From assembly GCA_051251855.1 (NCBI GenBank), contig JBPOGI010000004.1, positions 384,001 to 448,000 on the forward strand: DNA of 64,000 nucleotides, in the 5' to 3' direction. The stretch comes from Roseibacillus sp. (GTDB lineage: Bacteria > Verrucomicrobiota > Verrucomicrobiia > Verrucomicrobiales > Akkermansiaceae). The translations under genes and the position numbers were made by a program. The notes beneath the pieces were generated by a model. The model was not told the origin of the DNA and searched no databases. It saw nothing but the letters and a program-made list of their open reading frames with translations. The first letter of the stretch is position 1. Every line of letters begins with the position of its first letter. Below, one piece after another: positions 1-9,247 of the stretch.

Positions 1-390
1 GTAACCACCCGCCATCTCCATCTCAGTCCCCGCCTTCATCGCATCCGTCGTTCCCGACCCCACCAGCACCTCCGTCTGGCTGTCATTCCCGCCAATCCCT
101 TCCGCTGGCAACTCCTCCTTGAGGGTCTCTACATAGGCCTCAATCAATTCCGCATCCACTGGACCAGCACCAATGAGAGCACACTCTTCATTCGTCGGCA
201 AAAGCTCCCGCAAGAGCTCCCCGTTGTGGTTCAAATCTTTCGCCAACTTCTTAAGACCTTCTTCACTATTCGGGTATTTAATCTCGACCGCAGCGACCTC
301 TTCCAACCTAGAATCCCCCGAATCCTTGCAACCAACACACAGCCCTAGCAACAAACCCACAGACAATAGTAATCCAATCTTCTCAGCCAT
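1..390 (-). CDS. Putative lipoprotein, partial (runs off window start)
   Basis: Not in the ORF track. Read manually: open frame from ATG at 390, MAEKIGLLLSVGLLLGLCVGC-KDSGDS..., with a lipobox-like VGC and no stop to position 1. Confidence 0.75.
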   Translation of the reverse strand, partial: MAEKIGLLLSVGLLLGLCVGCKDSGDSRLEEVAAVEIKYPNSEEGLKKLAKDLNHNGELLRELLPTNEECALIGAGPVDAELIEAYVETLKEELPAEGIGGNDSQTEVLVGSGTTDAMKAGTEMEMAGGY

Positions 391-446
391 AATCCCAAGA
401 ATACAAAAACCATCCGCAACGGAAAGCTCACACTTCAAAGCCAGCC

Positions 447-2309
447 TCACTCCGCAAAAGCCATCACCTCAGACAAGCGGCTAAACGAAGGAAAAGTCAG
501 TTCTTGGCACCCCGAAGTGACAATCTTAATCACCCTCACCTCCCTCGGCTCAAAGGAGTGATTCACAAAGCTCGCCTCTCCCCGAGTCTCTTTCTTTGTC
601 GAACCTACCGAAATAAACTCTTCCCCATCACCCGAGACCAAGACTTCATACTCCTCCCAGCTCTGTCCCTGGGCTCGTTCGAAAATTTGAATCCTCGAAA
701 TCGAAGCAGGCTTCTTTAATTCAATCAAAATTTCCAAAGGCTCCGGCACGGTAGGATAGCCCAGAAAGTGATCGAACCGATCCGGAATTCCATTCGTCAA
801 TCGCTCCGGCCCAAAGTGCGGCTGACTCGCGCTATCCGAAGACGTCACTTTCGCCAAATAAGCGAGATTCTTTCCCTGACTCTCCGGAGTAGCCACGGGA
901 GTCTCCGGCAATACAAAGCCAGCTATCTTTTGCAAGCGAGGCAACAATCTCTCTTGCCGTCCCTGATAACCCGCAAAGTCACTCTCTCCTTCACGGTTCC
1001 AAGCCGCAGCTGCAACCGCCGCAAGGCGAGGCACGCATAACGGCAAGAGATTTTGCTCCCGACCCTCCCACCAAGGCATACAAAACCCCAACATACCGGC
1101 CTTCGATTTCGTTAGATGCGGCGTATTGTATGTCGCAAACTCGTGATTGATATGAGCAAACCTCTGTAGATCGAACTGATAACAACGTTTCACATCCACC
1201 GCCGTAAACATCGTGCGCGGATAGTGGTCCACAATATAGAGCGGGTCCCAAGAAGCATTCACTACCTGATAGCCTGCATCCAACGCCTGTTGTGCTAAGA
1301 CCTCGTTGCAACGCCAAATCATGTGAACCACATCTTCTGCCACCTTGTTCTCGCCCTCACCCAAATGCGGCCCCTCCCAAACTAAAGTTTGCTTGCCCTT
1401 CGACTTAATGAAGACATTCAAGCGATTGATAAAGTCGCGCTGAATCTCCTCGGGCACCCCGTAAGCTTCGTCCCCTCCCATGTGGTAATATGGCGTGCTC
1501 TTGAAGACCGAGAGCAGCTCCGAGATGAGAGTCTCTACCCCCTTCTGAGCTTCCGGCAGGGATGCCAGCTCAGTAGTGGTCTCCCCAAAAACCTTCGGAT
1601 AATACTTTCGTAAGATCGTCGAATGCCCCGGTACATCGAGTTCCGGAATAATGGTCACCCCGCGAGCTTGCGAATAGGCCTCTAACTCCTCGAAGTCCTG
1701 CCAAGTCCATCCCGCTTGCTCGCTGTAGAGTTTGGGAAAAGCCTTCGAAGGCCATGAAAACAGCTGATCGTCTGTGAGGTGAAGCTGGAGATAGTTCACC
1801 TTGTAAAACCACATCGTATCGATGACATCACGTAGCATTTTAGGCGAGTGAGGATTGCGCCCCATATCGACCATAAAGCAGCGGAAACGCTGATCAGGCC
1901 CATCGCCAATTATCCCTTCTGGCCACGCAATAGTATTGTCTTCAAACTTCGCCAATTGCAGCAAAGTGGCGGCGGCTTGAGCTGCCCCCGCAACATCCTC
2001 GGCCGTCACATCTACTCCCTTCTTGCCAATCACGATTCGATAACTCAATCCCTCGCCGACCTCCCCCTGACTAAAAGTCATCTGAGAGCATTCTCCCTCG
2101 GTGATAAAAAACGACTGGTCCCCCCGAGAAAGACTCTTCACCGCCGGCACCAAAACCGAGAAGCAGACCTCTTGAAACTCCGGGTCCACACTCAAGACCA
2201 CCTGCCGAAACTCCATCACCTCTTCGGTTAAATCCATCATCTTGGGAATCGGAACAACTTGAGAAAAAACCAAAACCTGACTGGCAAAAAGGAACAAGAA
2301 GAAGCGCAT
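447..2309 (-). CDS. Glycoside hydrolase family 20 (beta-N-acetylhexosaminidase-like) with C-terminal F5/8 type C (discoidin) domain
   Basis: Signal peptide; GH20 motifs FMVDMGR, LQLHLTDDQ, IIPELDVPGH, HMGGDE; C-terminal discoidin-like ...RLSEVMAF. Confidence 0.92.
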   Translation of the reverse strand: MRFFLFLFASQVLVFSQVVPIPKMMDLTEEVMEFRQVVLSVDPEFQEVCFSVLVPAVKSLSRGDQSFFITEGECSQMTFSQGEVGEGLSYRIVIGKKGVDVTAEDVAGAAQAAATLLQLAKFEDNTIAWPEGIIGDGPDQRFRCFMVDMGRNPHSPKMLRDVIDTMWFYKVNYLQLHLTDDQLFSWPSKAFPKLYSEQAGWTWQDFEELEAYSQARGVTIIPELDVPGHSTILRKYYPKVFGETTTELASLPEAQKGVETLISELLSVFKSTPYYHMGGDEAYGVPEEIQRDFINRLNVFIKSKGKQTLVWEGPHLGEGENKVAEDVVHMIWRCNEVLAQQALDAGYQVVNASWDPLYIVDHYPRTMFTAVDVKRCYQFDLQRFAHINHEFATYNTPHLTKSKAGMLGFCMPWWEGREQNLLPLCVPRLAAVAAAAWNREGESDFAGYQGRQERLLPRLQKIAGFVLPETPVATPESQGKNLAYLAKVTSSDSASQPHFGPERLTNGIPDRFDHFLGYPTVPEPLEILIELKKPASISRIQIFERAQGQSWEEYEVLVSGDGEEFISVGSTKKETRGEASFVNHSFEPREVRVIKIVTSGCQELTFPSFSRLSEVMAFAE

Positions 2310-2433
2310 TTCACCAGTCTACGATGCCGAGCGAGGAGATTCTCCCAACCAAAAGCAAAAATCATGCGTAGGAACGTTTTTGTGGCTTGCTTTTTCACGC
2401 TAGGAAAGAGAAGGTCCGCGCCCGCGAGCAACT

Positions 2434-2641
<208 letters not shown>

Positions 2642-2644
<3 letters not shown>

Positions 2645-2667
2645 ACCGCTGATAATTCAGCGGTTTT
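2642..2667. terminator. Hairpin / probable intrinsic terminator after tRNA-Pro and its repeat
   Basis: AAAACCGCTGA-TAAT-TCAGCGGTTTT perfect inverted repeat. Confidence 0.65.
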
Positions 2668-2688
2668 CGTATTTCTAGCGATCTCCTC

Positions 2689-2791
2689 GGAGAGGTGGCC
2701 TTTACTGCCGCCCACCCAACCTCGTCGATCCAACCCCGTCATTTTCCAACTACGGTCACATCACCCTAGCGGCAATCAAAGCCGCCGCTCC
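2689..2791. repeat. REP doublet (REPIN-like), family A, copy 1
   Basis: GGAGAGGTGGCCTTTACTGCCGC ... GCGGCAATCAAAGCCGCCGCTCC inverted ends; homologues at 6250, 7639/7696, 11690, 15377, 17687. Confidence 0.8.
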
Positions 2792-2929
2792 AAAACAAAG
2801 CGGCCGCCGAATCCTTTCGAATCCGGCGGCTGTCAAAACATTCCGATTCCGCACTCGCGGACGAAAGAAACTGACGTGCTATTACCCTTGTTATGAAGAC
2901 GAACCACGGCGTTCAACTCGCGGTTCACA
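2792..2929 (-). ncRNA. Candidate structured small RNA, copy 1
   Basis: Paralogous to 7416-7554 with compensatory stem changes; ends in GCCGCCGGATTC-GAAA-GGATTCGGCGGC plus U-rich tail. 5' end is estimated from the promoter. Confidence 0.72.
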
Positions 2930-2932
2930 GGT

Positions 2933-2961
2933 TCAGACTCTTCACATCACAAACTGTTCAA
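2933..2961 (-). promoter_or_regulatory. Putative ECF sigma factor promoter of sRNA copy 1
   Basis: TTGAAC-N17-GTCTGA; same boxes and spacing at copy 2, while the spacer sequence is largely different. Confidence 0.6.
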
Positions 2962-3228
2962 CTTTTATGAAGTATTTTTTCACGATCCCCAAAAATGAGT
3001 TTGTGATGGTGACAAAATGGTCCAAGTCACTCAATTATGGCTACAGCTCGCCCACCTCAAATTGAGGAAAGCCTGCATTCTCTTATCCGATGATGAGAGT
3101 AAAAACCGTAACCGCCGCCCAAAACCTCGGTAATCCTGATACCTGCTCATTCTCGAATGCCTTTGAAGAGCTCATAAGCTTCACACCTTCCCTGATGTGC
3201 TAGACCGATCTCCTACAAGCCCTCAATC

Positions 3229-4509
3229 TCACGACTTAGCCGCTGCCTCAATCTTCTCCTCGCGCTCATGCTGTTTTCCGAGATAAATGGCGAGGATCCC
3301 CCAAACCACCGCAATGCCAGCTCCTACTAACAGCTTGGCGGACAGATCTAACTTTAGAACACCCTCTGTGCCGAGAAAGACGAAAAACCAGACCCAAAAC
3401 ACGTCTCCCCCTCGATAGATAGTGACGTCAATGAAGGGCTTCGTTTTAAAGCGGGCCTCTTGGTCGACTCCCGTAAAGAGAATCTCCCGCGAAGGCCGTG
3501 TAATCGCGTAGTTTCCGGACTTTCGAAGGGTCTCCAAAATCAAGAAAACAGCGACGGTAGGAATAGTAGAAAAGAGAATGAGCGCACACGCCATAATGAA
3601 AGGGACCATCGCCAAAGCGGTTGCCAGCCCGAACTTGGCAGCAATTCGGTTCGTGGCAAAGAGACCAAGAAAGAAGGTCAACACGTTGACGATGATGTTC
3701 AGAGTCCCGAGAATCTTCTCTCGTTCTGGTCTCTCGTAGACAGAGAGAATATCTTTCTGCGCCAGGTAAAAGAAGGTGCCAATCCCTACGAAAATAAAGA
3801 TAAAACCCGCGATTCCAATCAGACGTTTGTGAAGCAAAAATTCGTTGAATCCTGAGAAAGGATTTCCACTCAGCTTCGTGAACTCTGCAGCCTTGGCACC
3901 AGGCTTGGTATTTTTATCTCTATCAAGAATCCCAATCAAAGGAATCACCACCAATAGAACCGCACTCGTAATGAGCAACTTCACTTCCAGTGGATACGCA
4001 TTGAGATATTTGGTCACCGCAAGAGAGCCTAAAATGGCGCCCGCACTCGCTCCCAAATTGATGAACGCAAAAATTCTTTTGGACTCTGACTTGGAATAGA
4101 GCTGGGACATGAAGCTCCAAAACACCGAAATGTGGAAGAGAGAGAAAACGCTAATCCAAACATAGAAAAACTTCCCTAAAAGCACCCGATCATAGCCGGA
4201 ATACAAGCCCAAGGCAGTCGCAATAAAGGTGAATGCGAAGAAGAGGAAAACCCCAGGAATCAGCCTCTTGAGAGACAAGCGAGCCGCAAAGACATTGTAG
4301 ATGAAGACCGCAACGATTGAAGAAAGAAAGGTGTAGGTCCAAAGCCTGGCCAACTCCGTATCGGTGAATTCACTCGATAACGAGTCCCTCACCGGTTTCG
4401 CGATCATGTAGGATGCCATCAGTAGGAAAATGAAGGCAAAGGAGATGATGGCTCCTTTGAACTCGCTAGGCTCAATCTTGGTAAGCCGTGTGAAAAAGTT
4501 TGGGTGCAT
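3229..4509 (-). CDS. MFS-fold transporter, NTP/NDP exchange (Npt/TLC, AAA) family-like
   Basis: About 12 hydrophobic segments; motifs KPVRDSL, SVFWSFM, RPSREILF, RFKTKPFID..YRGGD. Start chosen at MHPNFF (ORF extends to 4554). Confidence 0.85.
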   Translation of the reverse strand: MHPNFFTRLTKIEPSEFKGAIISFAFIFLLMASYMIAKPVRDSLSSEFTDTELARLWTYTFLSSIVAVFIYNVFAARLSLKRLIPGVFLFFAFTFIATALGLYSGYDRVLLGKFFYVWISVFSLFHISVFWSFMSQLYSKSESKRIFAFINLGASAGAILGSLAVTKYLNAYPLEVKLLITSAVLLVVIPLIGILDRDKNTKPGAKAAEFTKLSGNPFSGFNEFLLHKRLIGIAGFIFIFVGIGTFFYLAQKDILSVYERPEREKILGTLNIIVNVLTFFLGLFATNRIAAKFGLATALAMVPFIMACALILFSTIPTVAVFLILETLRKSGNYAITRPSREILFTGVDQEARFKTKPFIDVTIYRGGDVFWVWFFVFLGTEGVLKLDLSAKLLVGAGIAVVWGILAIYLGKQHEREEKIEAAAKS

Positions 4510-4547
4510 TATTGGATGTTTCTTAAGGGCTAAGCTATGGGCAGAAT

Positions 4548-5327
4548 TTACCAAGGAAGCTTCGAGCCATCATAGTACCAAAGCTGGCCTGACTGCTTGG
4601 GAGTCAGCTCTTCAATGACCTTTTTCAACTTCGGCATCGAATCCTCAGGCTTCAAGTTGCCCCGGTTCGTTCCCATGTCTGTCTGATTGTGCCCCGGCGC
4701 AACCACCGCCACGATGAATCCCTTTTTGTGGAGCTCAAAGTGCAGCGTGCGGGTGAACATATTCAGCCCCGCTTTCGAAACCCGGTAGCCATAAGCACTG
4801 CCCCCCTTTCTGCTGAGGATGCTCGAGCGAGTCGACATATTGATGATCTTCTTCCCCTGAGAAGCGTGCAGGTTCGGCATCAGCGCTTGCGTGACAAAAA
4901 TAGGCCCCATGGTGTTGACCGCGTAGCAGAGCTCCATCTCCTTACGAGTCAGGCTATCGATTCCATTCATCTTCGTCCCAATAGGATTGGGCCCAAAGTA
5001 ACCCGCGTTGTTGATCAGGATATCGAGAGGCTTCCCCTCCAAGGTCTTCGCCATCGCCGCAATGCTCTCTTCCGAGGTCACATCCAACGCCACCACAGTC
5101 GCGCCCGCCTCCTTCAGCTCAACCGCCTCCTCAGGCTTACGAGCAGTTCCGTAGACCAAGTAACCATCGCCCAAGAACTGCTTCGCCAACTCCAAACCCA
5201 AGCCTCTGTTTGCTCCGGTGATTAAAACAGATTTTGGATTCTCGTCAGTTTCCGCTGAATCTTGGCCATGTGCGAGAAAAGGCAGCGAGAGGAAAGCAAG
5301 AAGGCCGCAGAGGTAGGTTTTCATCAT
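4548..5327 (-). CDS. Short-chain dehydrogenase/reductase (CsgA/C-factor-like) with N-terminal signal peptide
   Basis: TGANRGLG, LINNAG, catalytic YRVSK, PGHNQTDMG. Confidence 0.9.
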   Translation of the reverse strand: MMKTYLCGLLAFLSLPFLAHGQDSAETDENPKSVLITGANRGLGLELAKQFLGDGYLVYGTARKPEEAVELKEAGATVVALDVTSEESIAAMAKTLEGKPLDILINNAGYFGPNPIGTKMNGIDSLTRKEMELCYAVNTMGPIFVTQALMPNLHASQGKKIINMSTRSSILSRKGGSAYGYRVSKAGLNMFTRTLHFELHKKGFIVAVVAPGHNQTDMGTNRGNLKPEDSMPKLKKVIEELTPKQSGQLWYYDGSKLPW

Positions 5328-5507
5328 TTTTAAGGTTCTGATTCACTCTACGTGACTGGGATGCGAAAACCTACCCACATTTTCCTGTGAAAAACCCACA
5401 TCCCGCTCCAGACCTGCTTCGCTGTCGAATTGAGAGGAAGGAATGAAGCCGCCCCGCTTGCACAATTCGACATTGGACTCCCTCTCTCCCTGCGCCAGAC
5501 TTCCGAC

Positions 5508-6245
5508 ATGCTTACCCCCTTTCGCACAGTCTTACTTCTCAGCTTACTCATCCTCCAAGCTTGCTCGCAAAGTAACACCACAACCTCAGCCGCCGCCAAA
5601 CTCCTCGGAGCCAACTGGACTACCATCGAGTCCTCCATCGCAGCCCAACGTCAAGCAGGCCACCCCAACTACGACCCCACTTGGCTCTACGTCGTCGATC
5701 CCCGCGCCCAACGCATGCACATCATCAACCGCAAAACCGGCCAGGTGAAAGAAACCTTCCGCTGCGGCACCGGCAAGCGTGGCCTCGGCATCGAAGACGC
5801 TCAAACCCCTCCTGGCTTCTTCACCATGGGCGGAGTCCGCATCGCCAAAAACGGCAACACCGCCATCCAAACCGGCGACTCCAAAAAAGGCGTCAGCGGC
5901 ATCTACGCCGAAATGCTCTATCCCCCTACTCACCCCGATCCAGAACTTCGAGGCATGGTTCCCAACGGAGTCGTCATTCACTCCTACAACCCCGCCGCCA
6001 GCGAAATGCTTCGCCAACGCCGCGCCCAACGCCTCATCGGCCGCGTCCCCTGCACCACCGGCTGCCCCGTCCCCGACCTCGAAGACGCCCCCAAACTCAT
6101 CCCCTACCTCAAGCAATCCGCCGGAAAATTCGATCCCAACGCCAATCCCAACGCCAATCTCCAAGCCCTCATTAACAGCGGCCAAGTGAAGCAATACCAA
6201 CGCAACCAACTCGGAGCCGCCATCTACATCCTCAACCGCCAATAG
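5508..6245 (+). CDS. L,D-transpeptidase (YkuD-like) family lipoprotein
   Basis: Lipobox LQAC; YVVD..AQRMH, CGTGKRG, TPPGFF, VIHS...TTGC (His/Cys catalytic pattern). Confidence 0.7.
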   Translation: MLTPFRTVLLLSLLILQACSQSNTTTSAAAKLLGANWTTIESSIAAQRQAGHPNYDPTWLYVVDPRAQRMHIINRKTGQVKETFRCGTGKRGLGIEDAQTPPGFFTMGGVRIAKNGNTAIQTGDSKKGVSGIYAEMLYPPTHPDPELRGMVPNGVVIHSYNPAASEMLRQRRAQRLIGRVPCTTGCPVPDLEDAPKLIPYLKQSAGKFDPNANPNANLQALINSGQVKQYQRNQLGAAIYILNRQ

Positions 6246-6248
6246 TAA

Positions 6249-6453
6249 CGGAGCGGCGACCTTTACTGTCGCCTGCCCAACCTCGTCCCAAACCACCCCG
6301 TCCTATCCAACCACTGGCCAAAAATCCGACCGCAATAAAGTCCGCCGCTCCCTCACTCAAAAACTCAAATCCACCCCAGTCCGTCCTCCGTGTTCACTCC
6401 CCGACCTCTGCGACTCTGCGTTGAAACTTCCAACCCCGTCCACCCCACCCAAC
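6249..6453. repeat. REPIN family A copy plus CTCTGCG-type repeat; ~200-bp imperfect direct repeat of 7695-7890
   Basis: GGAGCGGCGACCTTTACTGTCGCC...CCGCCGCTCC-tcactcaa-...GTCCGTCCTCYGTGTTCACTCC...GCGACTCTGCGTTGAAA...TCCAACCC shared with 7695-7890. Confidence 0.8.
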
Positions 6454-6470
6454 CCTTCAAACCCAGCCCC

Positions 6471-7391
6471 ATGAAATATCTCTTCTCACTTCTCCTCATC
6501 CTCCCAACCTCTCTTCTAGCCCAGGGTTGGGAGAAACTGGAGCGCTGCAAACTCGAAACAGATCGCTACGTGAACGGCGATAGTTTTTTCGTAAGCCACA
6601 AAGGCGACACCCACAACTTTCGTCTCTATCTCTGCGAAGTTCCCGATAAAACCAATAAATACCCAGACCGGATCGAAATGCAGGAAAACATCTTTGGAGC
6701 CGAGGAAAAACACCTTCTCGAAATTGGCGAAGAAGCCGCCGAGTTCACCGAGAAGACTTTGCGCCGATCCTTTACCGTCTACACCCAATGGGAAGATGCT
6801 GGCGGAGCCAATGACCGCTACTATGCCTATCTCATCTCGCGCGACGGCAAAGACCTCACCAAAGAACTCACCAGCAATGGCTTTTCGACCGCTTATCAGG
6901 AGCAGAGCGAATACTTTGATGGCACCAGCGCCGGTAAACTCTTCCGAGAAATCAAACGCCTCCAGCAAGAAGCCCGAAAAAAGAAAGTCGGCATTTGGGA
7001 ATTCTCCACCCTTCCCCAAGAAGCCCCCCTTCCTCCCGCCCCCTCTGACCCCGTCGTGTTAGAAGGGTCCATTCCAGCCACCGAAATCGAAGCTATCAAG
7101 GAGATGCTGGGCCAAACCGCACTTATTTCCGGAGAAGTTTCGGGCGTAGGCCAGACCCCATCAGGATCGATTACCTTCATCAATTTCGAAGGCAGTGAGT
7201 TCACCGCCGTAGTATTCGCAGATGACCGCGAAGCGATAGAAACGGAACTAGGAACTACCATCAAGGAGGCTCTTAAAGGAAGAGCCATCACTCTTCAGGG
7301 TGAAATTTCCACTCACCGAGACATCCCCCAAATCAAGATCACCGACAAGGCTCAGATTAATCCAGAGGCCAAAGTTGTAGAGTCAGAGTAA
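6471..7391 (+). CDS. Secreted thermonuclease (SNase) family protein with C-terminal OB-fold
   Basis: NGDSFFV, FRLY..EVP, RYYAY, QQEARKKKVGIW; Pro linker; OB-fold TFINF..FTAVVF...IPQIKI. Confidence 0.8.
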   Translation: MKYLFSLLLILPTSLLAQGWEKLERCKLETDRYVNGDSFFVSHKGDTHNFRLYLCEVPDKTNKYPDRIEMQENIFGAEEKHLLEIGEEAAEFTEKTLRRSFTVYTQWEDAGGANDRYYAYLISRDGKDLTKELTSNGFSTAYQEQSEYFDGTSAGKLFREIKRLQQEARKKKVGIWEFSTLPQEAPLPPAPSDPVVLEGSIPATEIEAIKEMLGQTALISGEVSGVGQTPSGSITFINFEGSEFTAVVFADDREAIETELGTTIKEALKGRAITLQGEISTHRDIPQIKITDKAQINPEAKVVESE

Positions 7392-7415
7392 CTTCATTCT
7401 TAGACTCCTCCCCCT

Positions 7416-7554
7416 AAAACAAAGCAGCCGCCGGACTCTTGCGAATCCGGCGGCTTGTCAAAACATTCGATTCCGCACTCGCGGCCGAAAGAAACTGACT
7501 TGCTACTTACCCTTGTTATGAAGACGAACAGCGGCGTTCAACTCGCTGCTCAAA
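7416..7554 (-). ncRNA. Candidate structured small RNA, copy 2
   Basis: Paralogue of 2792-2929; terminator AGCCGCCGGATTC-GCAA-GAGTCCGGCGGCT plus U-rich tail. Confidence 0.72.
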
Positions 7555-7557
7555 GGT

Positions 7558-7586
7558 TAAGACTCCCAAGTAGCCAACTCGTTCAA
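7558..7586 (-). promoter_or_regulatory. Putative ECF sigma factor promoter of sRNA copy 2
   Basis: TTGAAC-N17-GTCTTA. Confidence 0.6.
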
Positions 7587-7638
7587 ACAATTGGAAACTT
7601 TTTCATTTTTCCAACCCGAAGAGCCAAATGGCCCCCAT

Positions 7639-7890
7639 GGAGGGGCGACCTTTATTGTCGCCCACGCAACCTCGTCCTCTCCAACGATATCCCTCGGAGC
7701 GGCGACCTTTACTGTCGCCCATCCCACCCCGTCGAATACAACCTCGTCATTCTACAGCCACCATCACACGACCCCGCTTCAATCAAAGCCGCCGCTCCGT
7801 CACTCAAACTCAAAAACCATCGGTCCGTCCTCTGTGTTCACTCCGCGACTCTGCGTTGAAAAAAGTCCAACCCAGTCCAGCCATCCCACC
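7639..7890. repeat. REP half-site plus REPIN family A copy plus CTCTGCG-type repeat
   Basis: GGAGGGGCGACCTTTATTGTCGCC at 7639; GGAGCGGCGACCTTTACTGTCGCC at 7696 ... AAAGCCGCCGCTCC near 7798. Confidence 0.8.
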
Positions 7891-7942
7891 TAAAAAGACA
7901 TCACCTCGGCGACAATCAAGTCCGTCTCTTCAACGCGATTCT

Positions 7943-9121
7943 TCACTCCGCAAAGAGTCGAAACGCCACCCCCAGCGGAGCAGCTTCCTCATCGTCCCAG
8001 CGAAAATTAAACTCTGCCGCCCCACTCCGCTGACCCACCGCCACAACATCGAACCGAGTGAAATTCTCTTGAGCTAGGTCGTATTCCAAACGCCCAAAAA
8101 CCGTCGGCTCAAAAGTCTGTCCTCCCCCTTCAAGACGAGACACACCCCGCAACTCGATGACCTGTTTTCCACCTTCACGCGACACCTCCCTCACCGTCCA
8201 ACTCCCCTCTCGAAAATACTCTTTTCCTGCATTGCACTGCCCACGCGCACAATCCTTCAACGCCTGCTGCGAAATCTTCTTCACCAAAGATTGCGGCAAG
8301 GTCTTCGTCTCCCCTTTTGCCACTCGAAACAAGTCCACTTCTTCTCGTTTCAAATCAAGGAACCCCAAGTTCACCGGTCGTTGATTCCTCTCTGTATGCG
8401 GCAATCGATTCTCGCCACGTGGCAAATCTCGATACCCCAACTGCAACTTCAACCCACCCTTTTTCGGTTCTGCCCCCACAAAAAATGGCAGCTCATTTTC
8501 GGGCACGGCCTTCATCGCCTCTCCCCGCTTTCGGAATTCTAACAACGCCTTTTTCAGAATCTCAATGGTCCGGTCTCGATCCACCCACGCAAAACCACCC
8601 GCCAGATACTCTCCCTCCGCCGTCATACAGTAGGTCCCCTGGCAAGTAGCAGGCTTCTCCGGAATCAAATTATCAGGAGCATTCCGCCAATACGTCTCAA
8701 AGAGATTCGTGCTCTCAATCGTTTTCAACCACTGGCGATTAAACCAATCCGGTGGACGGAGATCCCAACACTCATCCGCCACACACACGAACTCCTGCGC
8801 CAACTTCTGAACCTGCGGGTCTGACCAGACCTCCCAGCGTCCCACGATACCATTATTTCAAGTCTCCCCCGCCGGATGCCCATTCATGGCCCACAACAGA
8901 ACCGGCCGCCCCAGCTCCCGTGCCTCCTCCGCCGCAAATTCCAACTCCCGATGCCAGCGAATCTGCCGCCAAGCCAGCTCATCCCCCTTCGGAAAAATGA
9001 ACTCCTGCCACTTGCTCAAATTCTCCGCATCCACCTCAGGGACCTCCCACTTCTCGCCTGATTCCTTTCCAAAAAGAACACCCACCAACAGGAGCCAAAA
9101 AATAAGAAATCGTCTCAACAT
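7943..9121 (-). CDS. Secreted thioredoxin-fold protein with in-frame TGA (8858-8860); candidate selenoprotein, 392 aa if read through
   Basis: ORFs 8858-9121 and 7943-8845 are in one frame, separated only by TGA: ...RPVLLWAMNGHPAGET*NNGIVGRWEVWSDPQVQKLAQEFVCVADE; hairpin 26 nt downstream of TGA. Confidence 0.75.
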
Positions 9122-9247
9122 CTCATCACCTTAGCTAACCCCGATTTTCGTTCAAGTGAAGAGCGCCGCCACAATCCCTCGGCAGGGATGCCCTCTCACC
9201 TTTCCTAAACCACCACAAATAACCTCGCGCTCTTCCCTCTGCCCATT

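Noticed and set aside
2893..2970. Plus-strand small ORF MKTN(H/S)GVQLA... starting in both sRNA copies
   Set aside because: Differences between copies are mostly non-synonymous, ORF lengths differ, and the changes instead preserve minus-strand base pairing.
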